DNA from: Lingula anatina
Lineage: Eukaryota; Animalia; Brachiopoda
Assembly (NCBI GenBank): GCA_051362555.1
Contig: CM120640.1
Span: forward strand, 69,480,788 to 69,544,787
Direction of reading: 5' to 3'
Length of the DNA stretch: 64,000 bases
Shown: positions 26,901-41,300 of the stretch, piece after piece
Position numbering within the stretch: the first letter of the stretch is position 1
Layout of the letters: each line of letters begins with the position of its first letter
Program-made: the position numbers and the translations under genes
Notes under the pieces: generated by a model
Database searches by the model: none
What the model was told of the DNA's origin: nothing
Seen by the model: only the letters and a program-made list of their open reading frames with translations

Positions 26901-27564
26901 CATGTAAAGAGACATATAAGCAAACAGTTTTATGACACACCCACATTTCTTCATGGGAGTCTGCAATTGACTTCTAAAAGGCAGTGCGCAGTTGTAAGTC
27001 ATTTCAATATTTATGCAATGTCACGCTTGTGACACTGTTAGATCATAGCTTGCTTAAAACCTTGAGAAAAAGTGAACAGAGCGCAGGCTATTGATCTGTG
27101 AAGAGGTAATGGAAATGGATATGTCAACAGATTGTAAACGTTATAATAAATGTGCCTGTAATTCAAAAAGCTGCTATCAACAAATAAAAAAATGTTTGTC
27201 AACTGAGACAACACCCTAAATGAATTAATGAAAATAATTCAATTCAACCATCACATACCTCTGAGGCAGGCATATCGTAGCATTCTGCTATTTTTTGATA
27301 CAGTTCCTTCACATTTGTGAAACCTGTAATAATGCCTGTGGGACTGCCGTGGGCTTGCTGACAATGGAACACTAATTTAGGCCTGTTGTTTTGCTGTGCT
27401 GCTGGTTGAACGTTTGGTTTTTGGCCCCCTTTGGTAGCCGACCCATTAGCCTGGGACACAGCGTTGCTCATCTCCCCCGGTGGAGGTGCGGAAGGCGGTT
27501 CCTGGTTCGTCGCTTGCGGCTGCTCCACAAGCTGCTCCCTTTTCTTCTTGCCAAACAGGGGCAT
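20588..27564 (-). CDS. GIPC1: PDZ domain-containing protein GIPC (GIPC1-like), ~348 aa, 5 exons
   Basis: Exons 27564-27259, 25875-25506, 24338-24235, 22207-22126, 20772-20588. GH1 region [14 protein letters not shown]…[13 protein letters not shown]…[41 protein letters not shown]. Linker [16 protein letters not shown]2 [10 protein letters not shown]…[13 protein letters not shown]. Probable ~2.4-kb 3'UTR ending near AATAAA at 18167-18162. Confidence 0.96.
22279..23835 (-). mobile_element. Non-autonomous Helentron / HINE (DINE-1-like) element in a GIPC intron
   Basis: Read on the minus strand: 5' subTIR plus inverted copy AGTACCACCAGC-n6-GCTGGTGGTACT (23803-23832); a GGCTCCGCC-type simple-repeat tract; a central tandem array; 3' subTIR GCTGGTGGTAC (22317-22327); terminal stem-loop AGAGGC-n6-GCCTCT (22292-22309); end CTAGT. 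No coding capacity. Confidence 0.85.
22573..23026. repeat. Internal tandem array of the HINE, ~3 x 145 bp
   Basis: Diverged units beginning TATCTC… at 22573, 22715, 22861 and 23006, containing TTGCAAAGTTCAG, AGGTCAAAGGTCAATTT and CCTATTCAAGTTCAA. Confidence 0.9.
23872..23906. repeat. (CA)n microsatellite
   Basis: Direct. A pure CA run just outside the HINE end; coordinates approximate (run ~23892-23926). Confidence 0.6.
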
Positions 27565-27959
27565 CCTCGGTAATTACTAATTATCAATATTTATGACAAT
27601 CAGCTGTCTCCGACCTATGATTGGTCAAATAATGTAGAAAATCACCCAACTCAATTTCCTTGTTGTGTCAATGATCAGCCATCAAACAGGAAGTATGGTG
27701 CAGGTCAGTGACATATATTTTCTCACCTACTTACAAGATTTATTTTGTCAAAGTTTTTGAAAGAATAATATCATATAATTTACAAGTATAGCTCACATGG
27801 AATTTATAATTGTTCTATTTCTAAACTGCCAGAAAATTCTATTATACTGGACGTTATTGACTTTGCACTCCTCTCGATGCTCATTACAGTCCGCAGTTGT
27901 AAACAATCTTCGCCATGATTGGCTAAAAAGGCGTGATGTTGTAAGGGTTGTGAAGCAGG
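27565..27959. promoter_or_regulatory. Probable bidirectional promoter GIPC/TMEM8
   Basis: Divergent ATGs 395 bp apart. Two ATTGG (CCAAT) boxes (~27620, ~27918) and an ETS-like CAGGAAGT (~27687). Confidence 0.6.
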
Positions 27960-30751
27960 ATGGATGCGGATGTCGTGCCGATAATATTTATATGGGTTTT
28001 ACAGAATGTAGCACGAACATCTGGTGAGAAATGATATTTTGATATTATTGTACGTGTAACAATTTATCTGTAGGAATTCCATTTGGTATTATACCGATGC
28101 AGCATTGTGCGGTCCGTACTGTTAATGATGTGCCTGTCTTTTCTTGTTCCCAGCAGAAACAAGTCCACCGCAGCTGGTGATTGATGTAATATTATAATCA
28201 ACTTGTTTGCGGTTTTTCCTGTCTTGTAAAATGTGTCATTTTGAAAATTTTGCGCTAAAAGCCAGAGCAATTAAGCCATGTATAAAATTCGATACAAATG
28301 CCCACATTCTCTACACTGACACTGTGCATAAAAGTGTTATTTGTGTGATTATCATTTTCTTCACACCGTTTTGTAGCATCAGTTTTTTTAGCATCTCTGC
28401 CTTTCACAATCAACTCAAAAAGGATTCAGAATTTTTTTTTCAATTTATTTATTTTATTTAAAATTTCTTTCTTTCTTTTTTTTTTTCTTCTTATTTTGCT
28501 TTCCCCCCACTTCTGCTCTCTCAATCTTTCATATATTTTGTTTTACCAAATAATTAAGCAACATCAAATTTTTTTCTGCTGCCTATAAAAAGTTGTAAGA
28601 TGATGTGTACAGTGTCTTAGTATTCACGAGAGCAGATGTGGATCAACTTGTTCTGAATGCAGCCTTAGAATGAGAGACCTTCAACTTGATGTCTCCCATA
28701 GGACTACATAGATGAGGGATTTATAGTTGGTGGCCAGTAGGCCAAGGACATCACGTGTTTAGGTCAACACTTAGACAAAATATTCTCTGCTATCAAGGCC
28801 ATAACAAAATATATTATTTCAATGTTTTCCAATTTCAACCTGTCATCCCTTTTTTTTTAATATGTCTGATTTACCCAAGGATTTAAAAAAATCTTTTAAG
28901 AAAAATATGTCTTTGATTTACCCAAGGATTTAAAAAATTATTTAAGGATATACATTGGGGGTTTAACCATATTTTTGTAAAATGAATCATAGGTGAACAA
29001 TTTCTTTTTTCATTTCAGGTTATACATTTGTGGACACTACATGGACTACTGGATTGGAAGTCTCTGAATATGAGTCCTATAAAAATATGCGACTTTTCAA
29101 ATTTGAAGTCCCAGATGACACAGTTCGGGCTGTGTTCAGTATGAAAGCAATAGTGAAAGGCAATGACAGGTGCCCCAACAGGAAGATATCAGTGTAAGGT
29201 GTTGCTTTTGGATATCCTTTACTCATGGGGTAAAGTGTCTTGTCTGACAGTGAAAGACATAATCCAGTGTGGTATTATTTTAACCAGACTCAACATTTAC
29301 TTGTCTTGTTATGGCTAAGCTTTCACATGCTACTTGAGTAACCTGTTTACACATCCTTGCATGAGTACTGTACTTATGAAATGATTCTATTTGTATCATG
29401 TCATAACTGTTTTCATTTATTCATTTATTTATGAAAAGATTCATGCAGCAGTGTAATCTAACCTTATCTTTCAAGTGCGGAACTTTTCCCCCTTTTAAAC
29501 TGTACGAATATGCTGTGCTATCATAGAGATCAAATCTTTCATTTTGATGGAAATGATGCCCTTAAAATAATGAGAAAATTTTCATTTGATTTTTCATTCA
29601 TATATGTCATTGTGGTACATATTTTTTGCATCAACCTTTGGTTATCTTTTTCCTAACAGGAATATCCAAGAAGGTGGTTACCCACTTCACAACATCAGCA
29701 GTGACGTATTTCCAGACAAGTTTTATTTAAACCGCAGTATGTCTATCTCATTACCTGGTATCAGTACAGACGCCCATTCTACCAGCACAGAGCTGTACCT
29801 AAGTGTACCAAAACCAGGAAGCTACTTTGCTGGAGCCTTCATATCTGAGGATAAAGATGACAAGAGTGATGGTATAGTAAGTAGTCATAGTGTGCTTTAT
29901 CTTGATGTTCTCTTAATGTGTTAGTTTTTGCACTAATAGTTATGTTTGTGAATGAAATAGAATTATTCCTGGCCATTATGCTATCAGTCAGTGTTGTGAA
30001 GTTGTTACAGAAGAACCATTCAAAATGCCAGTATATTTTTGTTCCAGACGCAAAAAGAATTCAAGGAGGTGTGCCACTATTTTATCACCATAACAATGCT
30101 GTCCTACACCAAGCAGGGTACACAGCAAATGGCAACCTCTCAGAGTAATGCAGTCCAACTGGGCCCACATGGCGGGGGAATGTACAGGTATGTCAACTGA
30201 TGGCCCAGTAATAAGGAGGACCCTGCTGCACTAGGAGACTAAGTATTTAAAAATAGAGCTGTCTGAATACATTTGTAGTAGTGAAAATTATTGATATAAT
30301 GGTCATATTAAAAAGAGATGTATTCTAGTAATTTTTCTTTTGAAGATAAACATCATTTCATTTTGGAGGTTAAATCTTGTCCCAGGTAAAATAAAAACAA
30401 CTTCTTGATGTGATTTGTATACCTTTTCATATCATTTCAGGATGTTTATGCCCAATGATGTGTGGAGATATGTCATCAGCATAAACAAATGTGTTGTGCA
30501 CACAAATCTCAGCCAGTGCCCTGTAGTACTGTACACGCGCAGTGCCAGTTTCCCTGTCCTAAGGGGCAGAGATAAAGACACACACTTGATGAACTGCACA
30601 GATGCAGGCATTCCTTGCAGAAGCACAGTGCATTCCCCACTGGCTGGCACTTGGCTGTATTTGTATATAAACAATACTTACAATGCCACTGTGGACCTTA
30701 TACTCAGCGTCTTACCAGATGGTAAATATATTTTTACCAAAGATACTATTT

Positions 30752-30818
<67 letters not shown>

Positions 30819-33800
30819 TTTTCATAAGTTTCAATCCATACAATATAAAAGGCTTAAAGTATTCATATGCAGATATGTTGTCTTCATTAAATAATGGTGG
30901 TAGCAAAGAATTGATGTATGATACTTTATTCATCATTTCTGCGCTTCTTTAACTGATAGTATATTAGTTGTCTTTTAGTTATTCATTTGTAAATATCAAT
31001 ATGTTCTCTATGTGGTTCCTTTCAGAATGTCTATCTATCAACTCTGCCCCTCAGAGAAGGTCACAATTACAGTCCCCAATATCATCAGACAGTCAAGTCA
31101 CTGTAACAGTATTCCCAATGAATGAAGACTCTCAGACCAATAGAACAGCAGCCAACACCACAGAAACCCAGGCTGCCCAGGAGGTGCTATATAATGTGAC
31201 AAACCAGGAGGGAAAGTGTGCAATAGGAACCCTGGGAAGGTTCCAGGGTCCAGGAGACTTCAGGGCCCAGTTCTGGCCCCACGTGGAGGACGTTGCTCTG
31301 GCCAGCACGGTGGTCATTCCGGTCGGCTCTAAGGTGGTGTGGTCCTATGAAATACTGCCACAGTCAGATGCTGGGGGAACTCTCCATATATCTGTACACA
31401 TTAACTCCTCTAGCATGGTAAGGTCAGGCTGGAACACAGTTGTTTAGTTCTTTTTAGTTCTTTTTAGTTCTTTTTACATTGAGAGGTACACAGCAGGGGC
31501 GTATCCAGAGATATTTTCTGATAGTCTTCCAAATTATCTTTGTTGATCCATCCTCCATTTTTAACTGTCTTCAGACAGAAAAAAATTATATGCCGTCAAT
31601 GTTTACTTAAAAATTCTGAACATCTTCCGGAAGACCCAGAAGGTGGCTTCCATCCGCCCCTACACTGAGCTGTACCTGTCCACTTCAACAAGGCCCATCA
31701 TAATTCAGTTACAAGATCCTCACAAGTTGGGTACCTACTTTTAACTTAATTAATTTGCCATTTTGAGCATGAGGGTATTTGAAGTTGAATGTATTAACCA
31801 GGCTATTAAGTTGTCAATTTTTCAAAAAGGACTAATCCAGTTAAGTATGTCACTTGATGTGTAAAGGACCATTTAATCTTTTGCTCCTTTAGTAAAACAC
31901 TATCACTACTGTGGCAGTTAAACTGGAGGGAGGAATGTAACCCGCATTTCTTGATCTTTATAATACATAATTCATTTCATTTCAGATGTATTTGATACAG
32001 ACATTTAATGAATTACTACCCACTGTCAAATCTTCTTTCAGCCCATCAAGCCATACAACACCTCAGTCAAAGTTTGCATTATGAGAGGTAGACTACCACT
32101 GGACGATACTGGGGTGATGTGTCCTGACGTCAATATGTTGTTCCCTAACACCAGTGATGGGGACAGCAGTGAGAGTGAGGACCTCTACATACCCTACCCT
32201 GAATCTGGAAGATGGTACATGGGACTGCAGGCGCTGTGCTACGAATTTGACGCCCTGTCAAAGTAAGAGTTCCTTTCATATTGTGCTGGATGAGAGATCA
32301 CTCTGGGGGCACACACACACACACGTGCACGCATGCACACACACACACATACACACACACACACACACAAAAATGTTGATTTCTGGGGGGTTTTCTCTCA
32401 AAATTTCAAGTAAAAAATACTAGTGGAAAATGTGGGCTTGAATCTGGGTATGCGCCAGGACACTGACAGAGGACAAAAGACATAATGATATCAAAATATG
32501 ATATCAAATGATGTGTTACCAGTAATTATATTTCATTTTCTATCTCTGTCATCTGTTGTGCTTGCTGTGGTTGCTCTTGGGCTTTATAAGATAATTAGGC
32601 CATTAAACCAAGAGCATTATCGTTTTTATCCCAATTTTCGAGGTTTTCAGATTTGTGTCAATAATTTCTGCATGTGCTCATTCCAGTCAGACCAAGCCTG
32701 TCCTGTGTACAAATTACACTTTGCTAGACCTCCATGTTTCCCTGTCCCCCTGTGTGGATGGGGAGTGCGGGAAGTACGGGGAGTGTAGGGCTTACTCCTC
32801 GGGGATGAACATATACTCCACATGTGTGTGCTTTACTGGTAAGGCTTCATGTCTCTGCTAGCAACTATATGGCAGTACGTAGTTTTCGTAAAAGAAATTA
32901 CTATAATGATTTACTGAAGCTTTACTATACATATCAACCTTAGTTCATAATATTCATTTCTGATTTATTGATATTTCGTATTGGTGAAGAGGAATTCATT
33001 GAACTGATTTTATTTAGTATTATTTTCAAAAAAGAACCAGGATTTTGTATAGTTTATGATGCTGTCATGTTATTAAGAATTGCGCTCTAAGTACCAAAGG
33101 CTTTAGATATCTGTCACAACTTTTTGCTAGTTTAATCCCCTATATTACATTTTGTTAATTATATTTTACGCTGTGGAGTTTTATTTGCTTGGCGTGTGCG
33201 TACAATTGCATACATAGGGTTTCCTAAGTAATATTTTTTGTTGTTTTCAGGTTACCATGGTTATGGCTGCACAGACACGTCTCAGGCCCTCCCAGAGTCT
33301 GTCCAGCTCTTACAGACAATGCTTCTGACTCTCAGTAACCTGTTCTTTATCCCAGGGATTGTCCTGGCTATATACAGGAGGTTCTACGTAGAGGCCTTTG
33401 TCTATGCCTTCAACATGTTTTTTTCAACAGTGAGTGAGCTAAACAAAGTGCTTATATAGTGGAAGATGAAAAGAAAATTATAGCTAAACCTACAAATATG
33501 TGATATAATGTGAGCAAAATCATGTAAAAAGCAGATGGTTTTATAGACAGACTACTACACTGGTTAATATTTTATATCATCTGAAACATGCTTTCACATG
33601 TATTCTAGGTATTATTCAGGACAGACTCCCTTTGTTAATATGTGTAATTCTATTGTTAATAACAAGTAAGACATCAGATTTACACATTTTGAATACTGTT
33701 CTTGGCAACTCTGCTTTAAAATATCAATGTGTGCAATATCTGTGTTCCAGTTTTACCATGCTTGTGATAGAAATAGACTGTACACGTGGTGTTTGATGAA

Positions 33801-34620
33801 ATATGACACCCTCAGTTTCTGCGACTTCTATGGCTCCATCATGTCTTTCTGGGTGACCATTATCATCATGGCCAGACTGCCAGATGAGGCCAAGTGGTTC
33901 CTCCACATGCTGGGGGCCCTGGGGATCTCTATAGGAGTGGAGTATGACAGATACAGCCTCCCAGCATTTATAGTGCCCTTCGCAATAGCAGCTGTGGTGA
34001 CATTTGGTTCTTGGGTGAGTAATTATACTGGAGTGAGTAGATCACTGTAAGTGATACTTAATACCATGAATTTTTTTTTTTTTTTTTGCCTACCTTTGTG
34101 CATGGATATCGGAGAACAAAAATAAGAATCATGTTGAGATAAAGAAAACTGTCTGAGATGCAGTCTTATTCAATTAATTGATATCACACTTGAACTGTTG
34201 TTTTTATTGATGAGGATCTGTTATGTAATGTTTTATACTCTCACTGTTTTGTTTGCTTTCTTTTCTACACTTCAGATGTATCAGTGCAGGAAAAGAAGAA
34301 GCTGCTACCCATCTAAGAAGCGGTGGCTGTGTTATCTGCTCCCAGGCATCCTGCTGGCAGGAATAGGACTGTGTGTTTTTGCGTTTGCGGAGACAGATGA
34401 AAACTATGCCTACACACACAGTGTATGGCATTTCACCATAGCTTCCAGTGTGTTCTTTTTACTCCCTCCTCGGCGTAGAAAGTCAGGTATGGAATATGCC
34501 TCATTTGATAACACTACATCCAGCCTGGATGTGACTACAGTACCAACTTCCAGTCACTTGGTAATGGTGCCCTCTGATGGCATAGTCCAAAGTCAACCAG
34601 ATACTAACTCCATAATATAG
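27960..34620 (+). CDS. TMEM8: TMEM8 family protein (PGAP6/TMEM8A/TMEM8B-like; EGF plus 7-TM CREST/DUF3522 domain), ~809 aa, 11 exons
   Basis: Exons 27960-28023, 29019-29193, 29660-29876, 30048-30187, 30441-30721, 31026-31417, 32042-32262, 32687-32838, 33251-33429, 33751-34014, 34276-34620, phases consistent. Signal-peptide-like first exon. Motifs DAGGTL, YIPYPESGRWY, EGF-like PCVDGECGKYGEC…CVCFTGYHGYGCTD, LLTLSNLFF, FFSTFYHACD, CDFYGS, NYAYTHSVWH. Confidence 0.93.
28859..28949. repeat. Intronic tandem duplication, ~2 x 46 bp
   Basis: AATATGTCT(TT)GATTTACCCAAGGATTTAAAAAA occurs twice. Confidence 0.8.
30751..30821. repeat. (TTTA)n microsatellite
   Basis: Directly visible. Confidence 0.95.
31494..31662. 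mobile_element. Degenerate short TIR element
   Basis: Termini CAGGGGCGTATCCAG and CCATCCGCCCCTA are imperfect inverted repeats around a ~140-bp AT-rich core. Single copy in the window. Confidence 0.4.
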
Positions 34621-37600
34621 GGAAACTTTGGGGTATTGTCTCCCTGCTTCTTGTGTATTTCTTGTCTTGTGGGTGACAGTAACATCTTGTTAAATTGGAT
34701 GTACCACCGAAGTGATGTGAACTATCTTCTCATTCATAACTCTTCTGACTAGCAAGTGAAGGCAATTAAGCCAATATGTGCTCAGCATGAATTCAAGATA
34801 TTTATATGGAAATTTGAAGCTGGATTTTTTTTTATCCTTAATTACAGTAAAATCAAAATCTACTGAATATTGCTGAGCAGTCCATGACTTAGTACATGTT
34901 ATTAGAATTATGCGGGAGGCAATCGCAATAGTGTAAATCTTATTTAGTGTTGTAACCCTGAGATGGGTGCTGGCAGTCTTTGTACTTAATCACTATAAAA
35001 ATGGAACTAGAATGATTTTATTCATGCTTGGAATGATCTACAAGTTAAGTTTAGGAAAAATATGTGTGTACACACAATTGTATTTTTTCCCAGTGCATGA
35101 TGCTTTTGTGCCTTGTTGATTTTTCATTTATAGTAAAACCTTTTAAGATTATTTTATTTTATTATATTATCGTGTATGTGTTAGTGTGTTTGCGTGCATG
35201 TGTGTGTGAGCAAAGTCTTGGATAAGCATGGGTACACATAGATTTAACTATAGTGCATGATACTTTTTGTGCCTTGTGTTTTTTGTAAATATAATCTCTA
35301 ATATTATAACCTTGAACTTTTGTGAAAAAGGTTTAATATACTTATATATCCATATATGAATTGATTTTAAGATTTATTGATTTAAGTCAATATGTGCATG
35401 TTGAATTGTGAAGCAAATATTGAATGAAGTTTTATTGTACAAACCACGTTAACTTGACTGAATACTATCTCTATGTGCATGAATGACTTGTTATGGAAAA
35501 TGAGTTTTTATTGTTTTGTTTTAGATTTCACACCAGTATTTTGAGTTAACATGGGATTGTGTTAAATATCTAGTCACATGCAGCAAATAATGCATTTTAT
35601 TATTATTTCTATTATTATTATTATTATTTTGCATGGATATTTGTAGCTTACTTGCTTTGCTAGAATATGGAACAGTGCAAGCATGTACAGCAGGCGGGCA
35701 TACATATCAGGTGGATTTAAAAACTTCCTGAACTCTACATTTTATTAACTCAAAAGCCATCAATTATAATTCAGTGAAATTTCACATTTACTGCTACATG
35801 ATATTATATGGCACTGGGAATATAAAGCTACATGTAACATAATGCTGCCTTTAATTTATATATCAGAGTTTATTAATTATTTTTTATCCACCTGAGTGAC
35901 AAATTGTATATAGTATGGCTTGCATCACTCCTGTTCACAGGCAAAAAGTAATTATATAAACAACTTTTTTTAAATTTTATTCCCAATTTCATCACAGCAT
36001 AACTGGCATGCATTTCACCTGTACTGTTCTCACTAGAAAGTTGACCTGAAACTGTTGTTGTGTTTGGTTTTCAGATCAATGTCAACCTGGTGCTAAAGAT
36101 AGGGTAGTCACTGCTCTCTTGGACCATGAAGGAAATACTGTGCAAGCTATAATCTAGTTGCTTTTAGAGTCTTGCTATTCTTGAGATCAATTAGCAGAGG
36201 GAAGCATCTTTTTGTGCTTTCTCTTTTGATAACTATTTGCATTTTTTGTTTTGTTGATTTTGATTGACATAAATTAAACTTAATGATTTTTTTATAAAAA
36301 GAACTAATCAAATCTGTTGAATATTGCTTTCTGTTAATATGGCAAGTGAACATGACATGAAGCTCAATAAAATTATTTACTAGTATTTTTATATACAGAC
36401 TCTTCCACTGTCTGTCTATACATTCTGATTATCTGCTTGTCCTCTTTGTCGCCATTCAAAACTGTCAAACCTTATTACTTTAAAGATTCGCAAACCGTAA
36501 CTTTGTTTCACTTCAAAATCATAAAGGGTTTTTCTTGATAAAAACACCTAAAAATAGCCCTTTTTGGATTATTTCTGCAAAAAATTATCTCAATTTTTGT
36601 CGTATTTTGCATGCACACCTGCATTGTTTGGACTTGACTCCATTATCATCATTTCATTTAGGTGTTGTCTGATAAAAATGCTGGTAATGCTTGAAAATCG
36701 GAGATTGGCATAGCTGCAGTTAATGTTTTTGTGTAGTGTCTGTATATTTGCCAGCTTTGCTGTCTAATTTATCATTATATGATGATATACAAATTACTTA
36801 GTTTTGTATTTATGTCATTTTAGCAAATGATATAACATCTTCAATTTCATTTGTATTGTTGTTATTGCAAAGGAAGGAACTGAGCTGGCTAATTTTTCTA
36901 GAGGCAAACAGAATGTTCTCGAAATATGTTTAATTATTAGACAAATTAATATAATGTCAGGATCTTTCTAATGCAGTCCATTTACTTTTTGTAGTTAAAA
37001 TTGTTATTTAATTTATTACTTTTGTTTTTTTATAACTAACCATTAATTTAAATCGCACATAAGTAGACATTAAGAATTTCAGGATCTTTCTCAAATTTGT
37101 GATCATTTGATTGCTCTTCATAAAGAATAACGTGTACTTACATAGTCCAGATTATTTTATGTTAATTGTATCTTGTGATACTGGTTTTAAGTGGTGAGTT
37201 ATGTGTAATAGTATTGTATAATAAAATTCATTTTGTATAAGGGTATTCAGTTTGATTCCTGTCCATTAATATAGCTGGTCAAGACCATTTACTTCCTTAC
37301 CCGTTAAAAACACACTATCCACATTTTCTGTGTCTACGTCTTGCAAAACTACTTATCTTTCCCCAATTCATGCCTCAAAAAACATAAAAACCATCATATT
37401 AAAAACTGATGTTCATATTTCATTCTGAAACGTAGAGGAAACCTTTGTGGCCAAAGTGACAAGTCACAAGGAGGGGTCAAAAGATGATTTGTGAACAGGA
37501 GAAAATTGCTTTCTTTTTTTCAAGGAAGATTTGATCTGGCAGGAAAGTTCCAGATAGTAAAGACCTCTTTTTTTTTTTTTTTTTTTTTGAAGATGCATAG

Positions 37601-38391
37601 GTGAGTGGGAAGGTCAAATTATTGCCACTAAAACCCCCGCAAATTCTACCATAGTTTCAAAAAGTATAACTGAAAAAAAAACTAAAGTACAGGGTTTCTT
37701 TTTATTCCCCAAAATGATAAATGCAAGCTAAAATTTTCGTGGAAATGGACAATAACCTTAAAAATTCAGCAAGTATTTTTTTGTAAGTAACCAAAGCATG
37801 TATCATGCTGGGCATCTCTTATCCATGAACAAATACATACTACATATTTGGAATGATTTATTTTATACAAATTTAAACAATATGTACATGGTCATGCAGA
37901 TATTTTTGCACAAAGTTATTTATAAGCTGTATATTAAGAAGCTGACCACTGAAGTCTTTCAAATGTTTTTTACTTGGACATGGTCATGAAGTTGTCCGTT
38001 TTTAACAATGGAGCAGTCTTGGAAAGATGTATCATGAGCTTTTTTATGTTAAAATCTTGAATTCCTTGCCATCAACGCTGTCCTATTTGAAGCAAATTTT
38101 TCTGAAATTGGAAAACAAAATCAGTGATAGAATATCAAATATGAGACATTCTGGATAGTGGAGACTTAAGTTTGAGAATATCATAAAATAAAGTCAAGGC
38201 TTAATTCTTAAACACTTCACATTAATGCAATTTCATTACTCACAAAATGCTTATCACAAATACGAACTTTTCCTCAATACATTCACAAAAAAAAAAAAAA
38301 ACTAGTAAAATTAAATAAGTTATAATTAAATGGTCTGAGTAAACTCTTTTCCCCATAATCCAACAACAAATTGACAATATCTTCTCTCACC

Positions 38392-41300
38392 TTAGGTATC
38401 CCTGGCCTTCATTCTCTGTATGAATCCTTGGCTCTTGTTCTTCCTGAACTGTTCAAATGGATCCTGCATGTTCATGCCTATGCCTTTGTACATGTCTACC
38501 TTAGCTCTGGCCTCCCCAGCATCAATAGGGTCCACTCTGCCCTGCTCTGAGGCCCCCAGCCCCGCCCCTCCCCAACCTGAAACACACAGATTTGGATTTA
38601 GAAAGAGAAATACTGCACAAGAAAAGAGAGTGGCACTTTAAAATAAAATAACAGACACTTTAAATAAATTGAGTTTGTTGCTTACCCATTTTCTTTAACA
38701 GCATGTGTCCCTTGTTTTCTTCTCCCAGCTTCTGATTGGAGGTATAGAAAGGCTCAGTACTGGAACACAAATTAAACATATGGATATTTACTTGTTCTAT
38801 TCATGTAACTTTTTATACAGTAACACACAACAAACATCAGAAAAATATCTGTTAAAATTATAAATAACAACTATCTATCAATTGAAAATGTAGCACTAAA
38901 GGAAACTCAACAAGAAATTACAATTAAGCAAAAAATATATATATTATTCACAATAGCACTTACTAAATGAATTCGGGTGAACGACTCCTTGACTTTGACT
39001 TTCTTTTTCTTACTGGTGATGGAGATCGTGACCTGGATTTCTTCTGATAAGGTGACCTTGACCTAGATCTGGACCTTGACTTTGACTTTGACCTGGAAGA
39101 CCTCTGATAGGGCAATGGAGACCCCGATGGTTCTGGGCTCCTGCTGTTAGAAAATTAAAAAAACAAAAAGATTAAAAAAGAATAGTAGGATTATATTCAA
39201 ACTATTAAACTTTATGAGATGAATGTTTTGGTTCTTGAAGGAAGTATCTTTATTGCAGAAGTATAATTCTCTAAATATTCTTCTGCAGTATTACTTCTGT
39301 AACACAACTGCAGATATCAAAAGAAAACTCCCTGATCTACTTGAATTCTCTGTACACTTAGCCAATGATAGTTAGATACATTGACCATTTGCATAAGTAT
39401 TCCCGAAAAGGAGCATACCTGGGCTTTCTCCTTCTTCTGGGCGAGGCTGACCTTGATCTGCTCCTTGACCTTGACCTGCTTCTTGATCGTGACCTTGATT
39501 GTGGTGACCTTGATCTTGATCTGGATCTGGATCGAGATCTTGATCTTTTTCTTTTTCCTTTTTGCCTCATCTTTTTAGCTTGCTGCTTAGCTTTGAAAAA
39601 TTCTAAAAGTCCAAGCTTTTCCCATCCTTCACTGAAATAAAAATATTCATCAAACTGTCTTAGTTAAATACTTCAAAAAATAAACTTTCAGAATAAAAAT
39701 GAATAAAATTTCATTTTATTTTAATTCATAATATTTTGTAAACAGCATCTACATTAAAATTTTTCTGTTGAGCAATTTCATCTCACCTATCCCTTGGATT
39801 TTCATGTGTGGGTGGAGAATAAAAGGCCTCCACGGCTGCCAGGAGCCTGTCTGTAGGGGGCATGGGTGGAGGCAGACGGATGTTTTTGGGATCAAGTGGT
39901 CTGTAGTCACAGTCCTCCAACTAAAACAATAAAAATCCTCCTTAAAATGCTATTATATGGCATTTGGTGGTATAACAGTGAAAACGTTACTAAAATCAGA
40001 GATGTATAAGTCTTAAAATAGAGTTGTATGAGTCTGTCTGACTGACAAAAACGATTAAACCAAAAGTGAATACATCTACCTTCACCAGTGGTGCCATGAG
40101 GCCAGCTGGCAGATCAAAGTAAGGCATGGTTGGCATCAGATCAGCATCTGTGATTACTGGGGGAGGCTGTGACAGGGGCGGCTGTAGACCTGGGAAACCT
40201 GGGGGTGGCCTGCTCAGGTCTGGGAGAGCCCCTGGGGGGAGGGGTAAAGGTGGGGGCGGGGCCTGACTGAAGTCAACTGGAAAATATATGTAAATATATG
40301 TAAATATATGCAAATGTTTATTAAAATGTTGAAAACAAGGTTTTTGTTTACTGACTACTGACTAACTTTAAAAATTCTGTTCACATCACACATACAACAC
40401 ATTATTGCCAAGAGATTATGTATTCTGGCAGCAGTACCTGGGGGAAGTCCTGGGGCCGGGCCAGCAGCTGTAGCAGGGGGAAACCCTGGGGGTGGCTGGG
40501 AAAATACAGGGGGTGGCTGAGAAGGATCAAAGGTGGGCGGAGGGAAACCTTGCCCTCCTGGAATGGGACCCTGAAATGATGAAGTCAACTGGTTACATGC
40601 TGGTCACATAATTCTCATTTCTATTGATATTTAAATGCCATGTGTGCCTTTTCTTTTTTCAGTACAAATGCAATAAAAATTACAAATACACTTGAGGTAA
40701 TATTTCATCCATTCTTAAAAGATCATTCTCTGTAATTTCTGGCAGATATGACAAGTACACCACTTACTCCTGCTGCTGAGGCTGGTGGTAAGCTTGGGGC
40801 AGGTGGTAAACCTGGGGAAAACAAAACAGTTATAACACCTTTCTTTTTATTTGAAGAATGGTAAAATACACAAATTTAACTTCATACTTTAACGTGTTTT
40901 CTTCATATCTATCAAACCCAACAGCAATCTGGTTAACTCTGTTTTTGAAAAGCAACAGTAATATTAAGCTTATCATTTAATTATTGGTTATACGCTGATA
41001 TACTTCACATAACAAACGTTAACTTGAAACTCTAAACCCATTTCTAGATTTACATCTAAAATCTAACTACAATCTGGTTAATATGAAGCATCAAACCCTG
41101 CTTTTTTCAAATCATTTAAACATTCCTTCCTTTTTTATTCTGAAATCCCCTGCGTAACCCAGCCTACCTGCCGGTGGTGGTTGCTGATGCTGCTGCTGCT
41201 GAGACTGCTGTAACAACTGTTGTTTTTGCTGCTCTAACTGCTGCTGTTGTTGTTGGAGCTGGCTGTTCAGATGGTTCACAAAGTCCTGATGTTGTTTCTG

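Noticed and set aside
39365-39640. Plus-strand ORF with DL repeats
   Set aside because: Antisense of the CHERP RS-domain exon.
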